This document shows positions 13,795 to 26,473 of a stretch of DNA of 64,000 nt, in pieces (within the stretch, counting starts at the first letter, position 1; each line of letters opens with the position of its first letter). The DNA comes from Lytechinus pictus. Taxonomy: Eukaryota. The notes beneath the pieces are model-generated. The model was not told the origin of the DNA, made no database searches, and saw nothing but the letters and a program-made list of their open reading frames with translations. Made by a program: the position numbers and the translations under genes. Where the stretch lies: NCBI RefSeq assembly GCF_037042905.1, contig NC_087251.1, positions 44,952,001 to 45,016,000 of the forward strand, written 5' to 3'.

Positions 13795-14160
13795 TTCTCC
13801 TTTTTCATTTTACCTATCTCTCCCCCCCTCTCTCTCTCTTTCTCCCTCTCTCTTCTATCAACCCACCTTCCTATCTATTTATTTGTCTCTCCAACCCCCC
13901 CCCCCCCCATCTCTCCCCCTTTCTTTTTTCCTCTTCTCTCTTTCTCTCTCTCTTACCAACCTACCTCCCCCTTCCTATTCATTTCTTTCTATCTTCCTCC
14001 CTCTCTTTCTTTTCTTTTCCCTTTTCCTTCCTTTCTCTTTTTCCCTTCTTTCTCTTTTCCCCTTCTTTCTTTCTCTCTCCCTACCTCCCCTCTCTCTTCC
14101 TTTCCCTATATCTTCCTCCCCTTCTCTCTTTTTATCTCTTATTATTTCTCTTTTTCTATG
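13795..14160 (+). repeat. CT-rich low-complexity tract
   Basis: Almost pure pyrimidine sequence on the + strand. Confidence 0.9.
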
Positions 14161-14163
14161 CAG

Positions 14164-14670
14164 CTAGAACCCTGATACCAAAGACCGTTTGAAGCAGAGG
14201 AAGATGATTATACTGATAAATGTGGTGCAAAAGAATTTTATTTCTATTTCAGGCGTCCAAGATTCGACAACGACATTGTTATGTGTTCATCATGAATATA
14301 CTGGTAACCAATGCAGATGCTGCATTTTATGTGTATCATATTGATATTTTCATATAAATATCTTCATATTATGTTTTATGAAACTCAGATATGTAACAAT
14401 CATTGAAGCATTTTTCCCCTTCTAATTTGTCTGCTTTATTTATCTTTCAATTACATTCATGTAAATTTTCCATTGCAAGCAGTTGAAATGTTGAGTATCA
14501 AACGTTTTATTATGTAACATGATATGTTTATCAAGAAAAAAACATTGACTGTCTATTGTGTATACCCACCCTAATATGGGCCAAAAAAAGTAAATCTGTT
14601 TTTAGATTTGCTGATTTATTGTGGAAGTAGAACTAGAATCTTTATTGTTGTTGTTTGATAATATAAATAT
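14164..14670 (+). other. Candidate downstream (3' UTR) exon of the EGLN1-like gene; 3' end undetermined
   Basis: A ~360-bp pyrimidine tract ends in tatgCAG (14161-14163), followed by AT-rich UTR-like sequence. The donor at 2752 needs a downstream acceptor. No transcript evidence. Confidence 0.3.
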
Positions 14671-15328
14671 GTTATATATAGTAGCTCTCCGGGTATTATT
14701 TTTTTCAGGAAATTAAGATTGTTTCAGGCACATCCAAAAGAAAGAATCAAAGATTTAGTGTAGGCTTTTTTTCTAAAAGGGATTTTATCACCGTACATAT
14801 GAAACATAATAATAGACTATAGATATTTAATACATTCACATTTAGGGACAGTGATTTTCTGTTTGACAAGTAAATAAAATGGAAATTCCATTTGGTTCTT
14901 ATACTTTTAATGTAAAAATTCATGGAATTCACCTTTGCAAAACGGAATTTAGGTTTTTGCTGTGTACATTTTCAGTGACAAAACAGAATTTCCATTTGAG
15001 ATCAAGTGAAACGGATTACAGATTTTCAGAAACGGAAAAGACCATTTTTTGAAATGGAAAATCACTGTCTCTACACATTGAATGCTAGTAAACAGTTATG
15101 AAAGCATGATATATAGCTTTTTCTAGGAAGGAATGTCTGACAAGGGCTTTATTGTTGACACAAAAAAGGCACACCATAACAAGAATGATAACATTGAGAT
15201 GTAGGCCTATAGCAGAGCAATGGAATTACTATCTCCTTGGTAGTGTGAACAAAATGTTGGAATATTATTTACCCGGTAGTCTATTTTGCACGTCATGCTG
15301 TATATTACCTAAAACATACAGAAACTTA

Positions 15329-15724
15329 AGGCCACCGCACACCTTACGACTGTTCGCGATCCGATTTTGGAACAAATCGCATTTTGCTCATTTTCTGAAG
15401 ATGTGAATGGAACATATCATTTTATTTGAGGTTAAAATTAATTGAAAGAATAACCATTTTGAAAGATTGCAAGCCTTTATTTTGGAGTAAAGGCCAAATC
15501 GTAGCCAATCGTACGACTGCTATGACGTCATTACGACTAGATATTAAATTCTTTTTTATTCTAAGAAGGATGATAGCATAGTCACAGATTTGATCCTAGG
15601 TATTCGTACAATGATTTATAACATTACACAGTAAGATATTCCAAGTCTCAATATTAGCATCAAATTCTACGACATTTTATTCTGAAATTGGGTCGCAGAC
15701 CAGTCGTAAGGTGTGCGGTCGCCT
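15329..15724. mobile_element. PIF/Harbinger-type MITE with TTA target duplication
   Basis: tta|aggccaccgcacaccttacgactg ... cagtcgtaaggtgtgcggtcgcct|tta. Degenerate relative near 30550. Confidence 0.8.
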
Positions 15725-17324
15725 TTAAATACATAATGTTTACCCTTTCATTTCTTGGAATCACATTTAAGGCCAAGCCCAACCAAGCTGCAAGTAAATT
15801 TGAATAAATAGGGAAAAAGCAAACAATTCAAACACTGAATATTTATATGAAAAATGGCAAAGATGTATGTTTTTTAGGTTTAATGATAAAAGCTTTTCTT
15901 TGTTTAAAAATTGTAATAATGGTGATTTCTTAATGCTGTAGGCAAACTTTGGTTTACATTTATGGGAGGGAGATGGTGGAAAAACCTTGTGATTCTTATA
16001 ATGAAAAGAACTGTAGGCTAATTACTTGGTTACCCGTGACACTTCGGCAATCACCATCTGGCAACGTACTGAGCTTGGTAGAGGATATTCATTATGTACT
16101 GTCTGCTGAAATATGAAATGAACTTTTTAGGCAAGTGGTGCTGCATCTAGATTTTTCCCTTGAGTTATTGAATGACAAATAATTATGATTAATGTAAACA
16201 ACATGAAAATAATTAATCCCCCCTCTTGAAATAGTGATACCATAACTTTTGAATAAATTTGTACTATAAAAAAAAGTGCAAATCAGTAGTAGAGGCAAGT
16301 GAGTAAATAATAATGGGATTTTTAAAATATCACTTGCCATTATGGCCCCCGAGCAAATGTGTTCATTTCTGTCATTATGCAGGACACAACTCCAAGTAAT
16401 CTCTAATTATTCTGTTCCAAGTAATGAAAACCTTCTATAGGCTGACATTTTCAGGAGGGTGGCAAAATCAAATATTCATGACATTCGAGGTGTTGATTTC
16501 ACCCTTGGCCCCTTTAAAAGGTGACATGTCTATTTGTAGTCATCTATTAAGCATCTGACAGTAGCCAACACAGTTTCTCTATTTGTTTCTTTAAAGGCAG
16601 GCAGTACTGATGGCCTAAAAATATATTCAATTTTTATGTATTGTTTTCGGTGAAGTTAAGTTACAAAAATCTTCCTTTTTTAAGAAGTTGGAGTTCATTT
16701 CAATTTAGTCATGTGTTACCAGTATGTATCTCATAATAGACAACATATCAAGTACATCTCTCTGAGGTTTTTTTTTTTTTGGGGGGGGGGTTGTTTTTGT
16801 TAGCTTGGCAGTATTAACTAACCTAATTTCATTTTTTTCTTTTGTTGTTGCTGAAGTTTCAGCAATTTTTTTTTAAGTTACAGTTGGTTACTTGCTTTCA
16901 GTTTAGTCATATGATGCCAGTATATATCTCAAAATAAGCAACTAATACATAATTATGAGCGTCTCTCATTGATGCTGATTCGGGTACGTGAAATTAGATG
17001 GCCTGTCATGTTTTAACTATTGTTTGGGTGATGTTACAGCAATTTTTTTCAAAGCTACAGTTGAGTTGGTTCACTTTACTTTGTAAATATATGCCCATGT
17101 ATGAGACATTACATTGATATCTCATTTGCACTCACAGTATAATGTATGTAATGTGTTTAGAAACTGAGGTAGCATGTTTATCTTTTCATTCTGTAAAATA
17201 GCTATTCTGGCGTTAAATGAACTTTAACAGCCTATCCTGAGTTAAGGTAAATCCACCCAAAAGTGCTTGTCAGTGTACTATATTGCATGTATGTGTGTAT
17301 TCTAAAACAGTTTGATGATGATAG

Positions 17325-17618
17325 TAATAATAATAATAATAATAATTGTACATTTACATTGCGCAATATCAATATCTATACTCAACTGCGCATTACAATA
17401 AATATTATTATTACCCTGGCTATTGCCGTGCTGCCTACAGGCGTTCTGGCATTCGATGAATTTCTTTCTGCCGGGTACCCATCCACCTCACCTGGGTTGA
17501 GTGCAGCACAATGTGGGTAAATTTCTTGCTGAAGGAAAACACGCCATGGCTGGGAATCGAACCCACGCCCCCTCAGATTGAAAGACGAGTGTCATAACCA
17601 CTGGACCATGATGCCCCC
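17325..17618 (-). mobile_element. tRNA-derived SINE with L2-type tail
   Basis: Minus strand: A box TGGTCCAGTGG, B box GGGTTCGATTCCC, central ctcaacccaggtg..gggtacc, 3' gcgca..tgcgc stem and (TTA)n tail. Fragment of the same family at ~2270-2425. Confidence 0.85.
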
Positions 17619-17812
17619 ACAAAATTATGTGAAGTATATAAAGTAGACGTGTTATTATATTGGATAAATTTACGGGTTTTACATCAAAATAAAATATCTG
17701 CGTATTTATGTCTTGTTGATATGAAACCCCTTCTTGAACATGGAATGGGCTAAAAAATTGTGGATAATTGTCTTAGTCAGTAGCTTTCTAATATACAATT
17801 GAACTACTTCTG

Positions 17813-18082
17813 GGCCCGTCTTACAAAGAGTTACGATTGATCCGATCAATCGCAACTATGGAAAGCCAGTAAAGTCAACATATGAATTGCATGTTTGTTC
17901 AAAAATTGTTCTAGATATGAATGTATATTCATAAAGTTATTGATATCTTGACAATTTGGTGTGTTTTCCTTTGTTTACAAAGGACATTTTGCAAATTTCC
18001 TGTAGAAAAAATTATGACACTGATGGATTTCCATAGAGTTACGATTGATTGGATCAATCGTAACTCTTTGTAAGACGGGGCC
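17813..18082. mobile_element. PIF/Harbinger-type MITE
   Basis: ctg|ggcccgtcttacaaagagttacg ... cgtaactctttgtaagacggggcc|ctg (CTG duplication). Confidence 0.85.
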
Positions 18083-18150
18083 CTGGGGTCACCACACAAG
18101 TCATGTCCAGTGAAGGGTACAAGATCTGGCTTTGGGTTAAAAGACTCCAG

Positions 18151-18420
18151 GGCCCCGTCTTACAAAGAGTTGCAATTGATCCAATCAATTGTAACTCTAT
18201 GGAAATCCATCAGTGTCATAATTTTTTCTACCGAAAATTTGCACAATGTCCTTTGTAAACAAAGAGAAGCATAGTGAATTTTCAAGAAAACAATGAATGC
18301 ATGAATAAACATTATAGTTAGAAAATATTTTGAACAAACATGCTTAATAGATGTGGATGTTGCTGGCCTTCCTTAGTTGTGATTGATTGGATCAATCGCA
18401 ACTCTTTGTAAGACGGGGCC
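18151..18420. mobile_element. PIF/Harbinger-type MITE, inverted relative to the 17813 copy
   Basis: cag|ggccccgtcttacaaagagttgc ... gcaactctttgtaagacggggcc|tag. The interior is the reverse complement of 17813-18082. Confidence 0.85.
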
Positions 18421-18517
18421 TAGGTTTTTGGCTTTGCACGGCTCTGGCTAGGAGGGGGCAGACTAAAAAGAGTTGCATTGTCTAAATTACTGAATATGTA
18501 AAGTAATTGCTCAATAG

Positions 18518-18915
18518 GGCCGTCTGCACCAGCCCAAGTTTTCAAATTAGCGCACTATTTCTGATCCGGCAAATTATCCCGATCTTAACAATCTCGAGAT
18601 TATTTGTAATGGAGACGCAATTATCGCGCGAGTTTGTAGGATTAATCTCGAGTTTGCAATCCCAACTCAACTTGGGATTATTTGCAAAATAGCGCGCCAT
18701 TTTACGAATTATCCCGCTAATTCGCAGGTGTAGACGCACTCGGGAATATTTATTCACGGCGTGAGACCATAATGCATCGATGCCTTGCTCAAGCAGGAAT
18801 CGCTCTTCTTGCGATGGTGGAGACGCGGTTTCTTGAATCTCGAGATTAATCGCGAAGAGGGCCGATCGGGCTAAAATCTCGAGATTGAGCAAACTCGGGC
18901 TGGTGCAGCACCGCC
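18518..18915. mobile_element. CpG-rich MITE with internal atctcgagat palindromes
   Basis: TIR ggccgtctgcaccagccc / gggctggtgcagcaccgcc; atctcgag repeated four times. Confidence 0.7.
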
Positions 18916-21357
18916 TGATGGGCTATTTTAAATGAGGATTAAAAAAAAAAAATAACCAGGAGAGGGGGAAAAAAGAAACAAAGCTGATAATATCAGTACT
19001 ATATTGCCCTTTCAATTAAAGTAATGAAATATATTTGAAAAGTTTTTAAAAAATATTGAATTTGCTGCTACTCAATCTGTGTATCATAGGAAGAGTGCAT
19101 ATGCTATGTGATGTTTATTTTTATAATTTAATTGATTATTATTAATTATCATGTGCCATATATTGTTTACTTGTATTGCATTGTGCAATATGAAATGTAT
19201 ATAAGTTCAAATATATATATATATATATTATCCTTTTGCTCTTTGAGGCCAGCTTAAACCAATCGTATATGTGTCATACTTATGGTTTTATGTTAAGATG
19301 AAAATATATCTTTGAATTTTTGTTGATATGTGATTTTTCAGAGATTTTTTACTGCAGAGGAAGGAGATGAAGGCTCAGCTATTTTTCTGTGTATGTCTTA
19401 CAATTAAATTTTGTCTAAATACTTCCTTTAAATTTATGATTTACACTGCAGTATTTTTTTTTAATTGCATAAAAAGTAGGCGGAAGTGATTCACCACAAG
19501 CAGTGCTAACCTTTTTTGGATATGACAAGCGGTATTATGTTGGGTATTTTCATAAAGCTGTTTGTAAGTTACGAATGACTTTTACACACGACTGGTGACC
19601 CTTTCGTGTGCTTAATGATACAGCGGAGGAAATTCATGTGGGAGAATGAGCGATTTCGCCCTCATGACAGCCAAAATTGCCCCTAAAATTCTGCCAAAAT
19701 GCATGCTTTGGGGCGACCATGCTTTCTAGAGTCGCCCCAATATCTGTCACAAACCATCTTCAAGATTAGTTTTAAAATCAATAATCTAACTATGGAAAAT
19801 GCTATTTAGTTTTACTGCATATTTGCTTGTTACCTCCTAAAAAGTAGCCCTTAAAATTAAAGAAAATAGCCCCTAAAATTCTGCAATTGCCCCCAATATG
19901 GAGAAAATGTAGCTCTTAAAATATAAAAATTATTTGCTACCCTGCCTTTTTAGCTCATTTAGCACCTCAGATTTTCCAGTTGTGCGAAAAGTTGGGCGAA
20001 ACTTAACGAAACAGCTTATGAAGCACTCACATTGTCTTGTTATATCTTTAATAAGAGTATTGGTACAATTCATTTGTGAATTATTAAGTTACTGGTTAGT
20101 ATTTCCATGCATTTTTACAGTTTTGATTAAAGTGTAAAATAAACAAATTATCTAATATGAAAGAAATTACTGTGCACAGCTGAAATTTGTAACATTTCTA
20201 CTTAAAAATATTATGAATGATTTAATTATCTTGAGAGTCTGAAATGTTTTATAAACTGAAATGCAACAAACTTGGATTTTTAATGTTTATGTGCTGTCTG
20301 TATCTCTACTATTTTTGTGTCTTAATGTAGCTGTATTATCTTATTTGTATTTTTAATCAATTTTTATTGTGTTTTAGGCTTTTCGTGCTCTTATTGAAAT
20401 AATCTTTCATAGAATTTAAAGTGCCAGATCAACCCTTGGCCTTATCATAAAACACAGTTTGTTGAGACTATACTATATGAAATTTCTAATAAAACATTTA
20501 AAATATGTGACCTATATATGTATTATGCATGATGCTAAATTTCATTACCATCTTAATTGCTTTCTTTACCCTTGAGATTTTTCATGTTGGTTATAAACAT
20601 GTTTATTTATCCATTTTATGAAGCTTGTTATCAGTAATAAGATATGAAGTTCCACTTGTCTCTTAATCAAATGTAACAATATAGTAATTTTTAACACCCA
20701 TTATTTGTTCTTGATTACTGGGGCCCAGATACAATATGTGACCTATTCATTCATTTGTTCATTCATTCAGAAGGATATGTATAGTTTGACATTGGTACAT
20801 GTTCATGAAAATTAGTGTTATATACTTGGTGAGAAAAAAATTCAGGGATGAAATTAATGATGAAGAAAACATTGTCTTTTTGGAGTTACAAAGAGTAAAA
20901 AAAAAATCAGGGATAAAATTACTGAAGGAAGAAAACATTGTTTATTTGGAGTAAGAAAGAGTAAAAAAAATTCAGGTATGAAATTGCTGATTTGTCTATT
21001 AGGAGTAAGAAGGGCAATAAATCTTTCTAAGGCTGCATTCAGTCAACATTCTTTTTTAGCCACGAAACATTTTTTTAAAGATTATTTAAGATATATGGTT
21101 GCATTCAAGAAATTATACGTTGTTTGTCAAATCAAAGGCCTTTAAAACGAAAACGTGTAATGCTTAAAGGGGTGCATTTATAAAAGCATTTCTGCAGAAC
21201 CTTGGATGTTAAAAGTCAATTGAATGTCAAAGAGCTCTTTATCAAGACTTTATTATGAATGGGCCATCTTCTGGTTCAGACATCTCTTGGTTCCCCTCCA
21301 TGATGACCTTTTCTTCCTGGGTCGCGCCCGTTGATCTGTGCAGTGGGTAGGCTCTAA

Positions 21358-21940
21358 AGGCCAAGTCCACTTCAGGAAATTGCTGATTTGAATCGATAGA
21401 GAAAAATCAAACAAACAACGCTGCAAATGTCATCGAAATCGGATTTAGAATAAGAAAGTTATGACATTTTTAAGTTTCGCTTATTTTTCACAAAATATTT
21501 AAATGCACAACTCAGGGATATGCAAATGAGAGAGTCGATGATGTCCATCACTCACTATTTCTTTTTGTTTTTTATTGTTTGAATAATACAATATTCCAAT
21601 TTTTACAAATTTGACAATAAGGACCAGCTTAACTTAACCATAAACTGTTAAAATAATGGTAATTCCACATGTTCAGGGAAAAATTAAACTTTGTTTCACT
21701 TGAAAAGGAGAAGAAAATTAGAATATTTCATATTTGATATAATAAAATACAAAAGAAAGTGAGTGGGTGACGTCATACCGACCAGGATGTGCATATAACT
21801 GTTTTGTGAAATTAAGCGAAACTTTAAAATTTCATAACTTTATTATTTTACATCTGATTTTGATGAAATTTTCAGTGTTTTGCTTGCTGGATTTTTCTCC
21901 TTTTTTTCAAATCAACCTTTTGTTGGGGTGGACTTGTCCT
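21358..21940. mobile_element. Kolobok/T2-type MITE, family A
   Basis: ctaa|aggccaagtccac ... gtggacttgtcct|ttaa. Colinear with 738-1353. Confidence 0.85.
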
Positions 21941-22740
21941 TTAAAAGAATGAAAAACAGTGTGATTGAACTCTCTTCCAGGGTATTCATGTTTTTTTTTC
22001 TACCACTGCCCATTGTGTTGAAAATCTATTGAATGCAACAGTTCTCATGTTTTGAAAGATTTATTGCTCTTCTATCTTCAAATAGATGGATGTCATTGTA
22101 CATTAATTGACGTATGTGATCTGCAGCTCTTATATTATATATAGAATAAATTGATTTCATTATGTATTGTATATGAAGTCTTGTACATGGTTTAGGGAGA
22201 AGCCAAGTCTACGGATAAATACTTTTAAAAATGATGTTATACTTAGATTTTTAAAAAATCAATTATAAGCAGATATTAATATCAACATCTGTTTTTGTAG
22301 TCTTTATAAAATATTCATTCTCTGAGGTTTATACAGGCATTTGAGTTTTGAAATAATCATGAAGTGTAGTTGATAAGTGACTTATAAAGAAAATAGTATT
22401 ATACAAAGTTTTTTTTGTAGATCATGCAACAACAAAAATTGAATCAAAATGAACGAAAACAGGATGTGATTTTAGTCTTGTAATGTGTTATAACTAATTC
22501 AAAATGATTAATTAGTTATGTGTCAACCATGTAAGATATATACAAATTAATATATTAAAGTGTATTATGTGTTTAATAGATTAATCACACTTCTAAAGTG
22601 GATGATAATTATTCGTTGTGTATCATTTTACGATGGGTGATAAAGAGCCAAATAAAAGTTTGACTTTTCTTTAAATATCAAAATGGAGAATGAATTGTAT
22701 ACCTTATACTTCTTTTTTTCTGTCATATCCTTACTTTTAA

Positions 22741-23326
22741 AGGGGTACTCTGGTCTGAAAATATTTATATCTAACTAAATAGAGTAAAATTTACAAAGCA
22801 AATGCTGAAAATTTCATCAAAATCGGACAACAAATAACAAAGTTATTGAATTTTAAAGTTTAGCAGTATTTTGTGAAAATAGTTATATGCGCTTCATCAT
22901 GAATATTCATTAGATGGGCTGATGATGTCACATCCCCACTTTCCTTTTTCTTATGTTATTACATGAAATCATAATTGTTTCATTTTTACATACATGTGTG
23001 GATAATGTGTTTCCTTTATAATGAAATAAGTTGCAGCAATGAATATCTCATGCACTAATTCGGTTGTCAATTCAAGTTTTTGGTAAAAAAAAATTGATAA
23101 ACCTAATTTCATATAATGAAATACAAAAAAATAAGTGGGGATATGACGTCAATTTTCTCATCGAATATTCATGAATATATGCCAAGAACTGTTTCACCGG
23201 AATAATGCAAATCTTAAAAATGCCGTAACTTTGCTATTCCATGTCCGATTTTGATCAAATTTTCAGTGTTTGTCTGAGTTTTCTTTATCTGTTTATATCA
23301 TATTATTTTCAGCCCGGAGCATCCCT
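22741..23326. mobile_element. Kolobok/T2-type MITE, family C
   Basis: ttaa|aggggtactctggtctgaaaat ... attttcagcccggagcatccct|ttaa. Confidence 0.85.
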
Positions 23327-23330
23327 TTAA

Positions 23331-23947
23331 AGGGCAAGTCCACTCCCAAAGAAAAAGAAAACAAGATTGATGCTGAAAATCTCATCAAAATTTGTTGTAA
23401 AATAAAAAATGAATTTGTAATGTTTCACTGAATTTCACAAAACAGTTATTTGCACATCCTGGTCGGTATGCTAATTAGGGAACCAATGACATAATTCACT
23501 CATTGTTTTTTTTTTTTTTTTATAATCATATAAAATGTGGCATATACAAATTTTCCCCTCATTTATTGTGAAACAAACTTTAATTTCTCCCTGAACGTGA
23601 TGTATTAAAATCGTTATAATCTGCTATGATTGAATAAGGGTTCTCATTGTTAAATCTGCAAAAAAGATAAATATTGTATAATAAGATACAAAAAAAAATA
23701 GTTACATCAATATCTCTCTCCCCCCCCCCCCTCTCTCTCTCTCTCTCTTCCATTCTCATTTGCACGTTATTCTATTTTGCATAAAACTGTTTTGTGCAAA
23801 ATAATCAAAATTATATAATGTCATGACTTTCTTTATTTACATCCGATTTAAATGAAATCTGACTTTTCTATTTTTATTCAAATCAACTAATTTATTTTGT
23901 TGGGGGTTGGGGGTGGACATCCCATTTTAGGGGGTGGACTTCCCATT
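23331..23947. mobile_element. Degenerate Kolobok/T2 family A MITE sharing a TTAA with the preceding element
   Basis: Begins agggcaagtccac immediately after TTAA 23327-23330; the right terminus ggggtggac is duplicated before ttaa. Confidence 0.7.
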
Positions 23948-25554
23948 TTAAGCGACCCATCTGAATGAAACGTTAAGTTTTCCATCTTTATAGGCTTAGC
24001 AGAGACATTTAAATTCTTCTTGCTCTTCATTTCCTCCTGATTGATGTTAGCCCATGTATATTGGCAGATTTGAGAAATTTGGAAATTCAGCCAAATACCA
24101 ACCACTTGCATTAAAAAAAAAAAACATGTCATGAATAAACTTCATGGGCCGGGCATGTCATAATTTTGATCATATCTCCCTTAATATATAGTATAATAGA
24201 GGTAGATGTAAAATGCAAGATAGCAGGAAGACCACTGCTGTTTCTTTCACTACAAATTCTTCCAACCCTATTATTAATTATACTTGATAATAATGATAAT
24301 CATTATACTAGTAATTGGGATTGGTTATCAATAGCAGTGGATGAATCATAATTCTTACTATCCGAGATTCACTGGAAGTTTTGTTCTCAGTCTCCATTTT
24401 GACATTCCTCTTTAAACCTGAATTATTTTCATATTCTGGAAATGATGGAAACCAAATAAATGGGATCAGGATAATGGATTTGAGAGATTTCGGCTACTCA
24501 GGCTATCAAACTTCAAAGCACTCAAAAAAGTTTATTTACGCATGATTAGTGCCCCTTTTCGATCTGAAAGTGCTCTATATTTTCTTTCATTTCCTTTTCA
24601 TTTTCAACAAACTCTACCAATCGGGAAACTATTTTTTTTTGTGGTCAAGTGAAATAATTGAAGACGGTAAACAATATTGTACCATCACTACACTTAAAAT
24701 AAATTGGTATACCTATGAATATACAATCAATAACAAAATAAGTATGGGGCTAATAATTGATTATATTTTTTTTTTGAAAAAAAGAGAAGCTTAGCCCACC
24801 ATTCTATTTCATTTTATTTCTACAATGCACATCATATTCTGTATTTACTCTTTTGACGCATTAGGTGCTCTTTTATCTCCAAACAAAAGCTCACTTTTTA
24901 CTACTAAAAACCCTTGTGATGTCAAAAGAAAACTTTCCTTTTTCCTGGCATCATTTTATAGCAATCTAATAATTTATTTACAATATTTTTTATGCAACAA
25001 ACAGTTTATCAACGTTCTGTTTGATAGAAATGCATGCATATTTTGTATAATATTTTGATTGTTTTTGTGACGAATAAAAAGTGCAAAGATAAAAAAAAAA
25101 CTTGTGTATATATTACTTACTTTCCATTTTCTGTTTGATATAAAAAATGAATTGTAATGAGGAATTTTATAGACAGACTCAAAGATGGAATATTAAAAAT
25201 GGGGAAAAATATATGAATATATTGAAAATTAGAAGAAGTGTGTAAACTGGCACAAGTGCTTTATTAATTTCACTTAAAATGGTACGACTTTCTCTCTCAG
25301 TCGCCTATGCTACCTTGCTTAAAATTGCCCTTTCACTGCCACGCATGTTTTCCTTTTAGTTTCAACATAAAATATGAATTTATCTGGTAATAAAATCAAA
25401 TATATCTGCTTGGTCGCAACATTCCCTCATCGCAAAAAACTTGTAATCGACTTGTGTATATTTACTCTTGAAAATGGCTTGTTATTTTCGCTCATTCAGT
25501 TGCTATTCTCCCTCATCTGCAACGCCTTTCTCGCAATACATTGTGCTTTTTTAA

Positions 25555-26141
25555 AGGGGTACTCCAGTCTGAAGTAAATATAATTTGAACAGATAAAGAA
25601 TAATCAGACAAAGCTCTGAAAATTTGATCAAAATCGGACAAGAAATAACAAAGTTATGACATTTTAAAGATTTGCATTTCCCGGTGAAACATATCTTCAT
25701 GAATATTCAATGAGCAAATTGATGATGTCATAATTATCTCCACTTGTTGTTTTGTATTTTATTACATGTAATTAGGTTTATTCAAATTTTTTCCTCCAAG
25801 AACTAAAAAATTGGATTGACAACTGATTTAGTGCATTAGATATTCATTGCTGCAACTTAATCCATTATAAGGGAGACATATTATATTATACACACATGTA
25901 TGAAATAATATTAAAATATATGATTTCATATAATAACATAAGAAAAGGGAAAGTGGGGATGTGACATCATCAGCCCATCTAATGAATATTCATGACGACT
26001 GTTTTCACAAAATATTGCTAAACTTTAAAAGTCAATAACTTTGTTATTTATTATCCGATTTTGACGAAATTTTCAGCATTTTTCTCTGCGAATTCTACTC
26101 TATTTATTAAGATATAGATATTTTCAGCCCGGAGTATCCCT
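25555..26141. mobile_element. Kolobok/T2-type MITE, family C (inverted relative to the 22741 copy)
   Basis: ttaa|aggggtactccagtctgaa ... ttcagcccggagtatccct|ttaa. Confidence 0.85.
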
Positions 26142-26473
26142 TTAAGCCACATATTTGTTAAAGTTTTACAGGTGAAAACATATTTAGCTGGTTTATAATG
26201 CAAAGTTTCACTATCAAACATGTGAAAAAATAACACATTAACATCTATAGATGGCGCTCTTCTCTGACGTAAGAATAAACATCACAGTGAATTTTAAATT
26301 TTCTCGCTGATGCATATTGCGCAGTGCTCCTTCATATTTCTTTTCTGTATTGATCACTATTGGTCATATTGGTACCTTGGCTTTGGCAGTGGTGGCACCG
26401 GGATTTATTAGATAGGGACAAATGGGGACTTAAGGTATTCTTTGATTAGCACCACAATACAGTCTTCCATTTA

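Noticed and set aside
13758..14192. 144-aa hydrophobic ORF
   Set aside because: Translation of a CT-rich low-complexity tract.
14164..14192. PDZ-binding motif at the putative alternative EGLN1 end (PKTV)
   Set aside because: Position -2 is Lys, not Ser/Thr, so it is not a class I motif.
18542..18892. 116-aa ORF
   Set aside because: Lies wholly inside a TIR-bounded MITE, has a non-ATG start and no domain signature.
26243..26272. CTCF-like TAGATGGCGC plus CRE-like TGACGTAA
   Set aside because: Partial short matches between transposons; not supportable without chromatin data.
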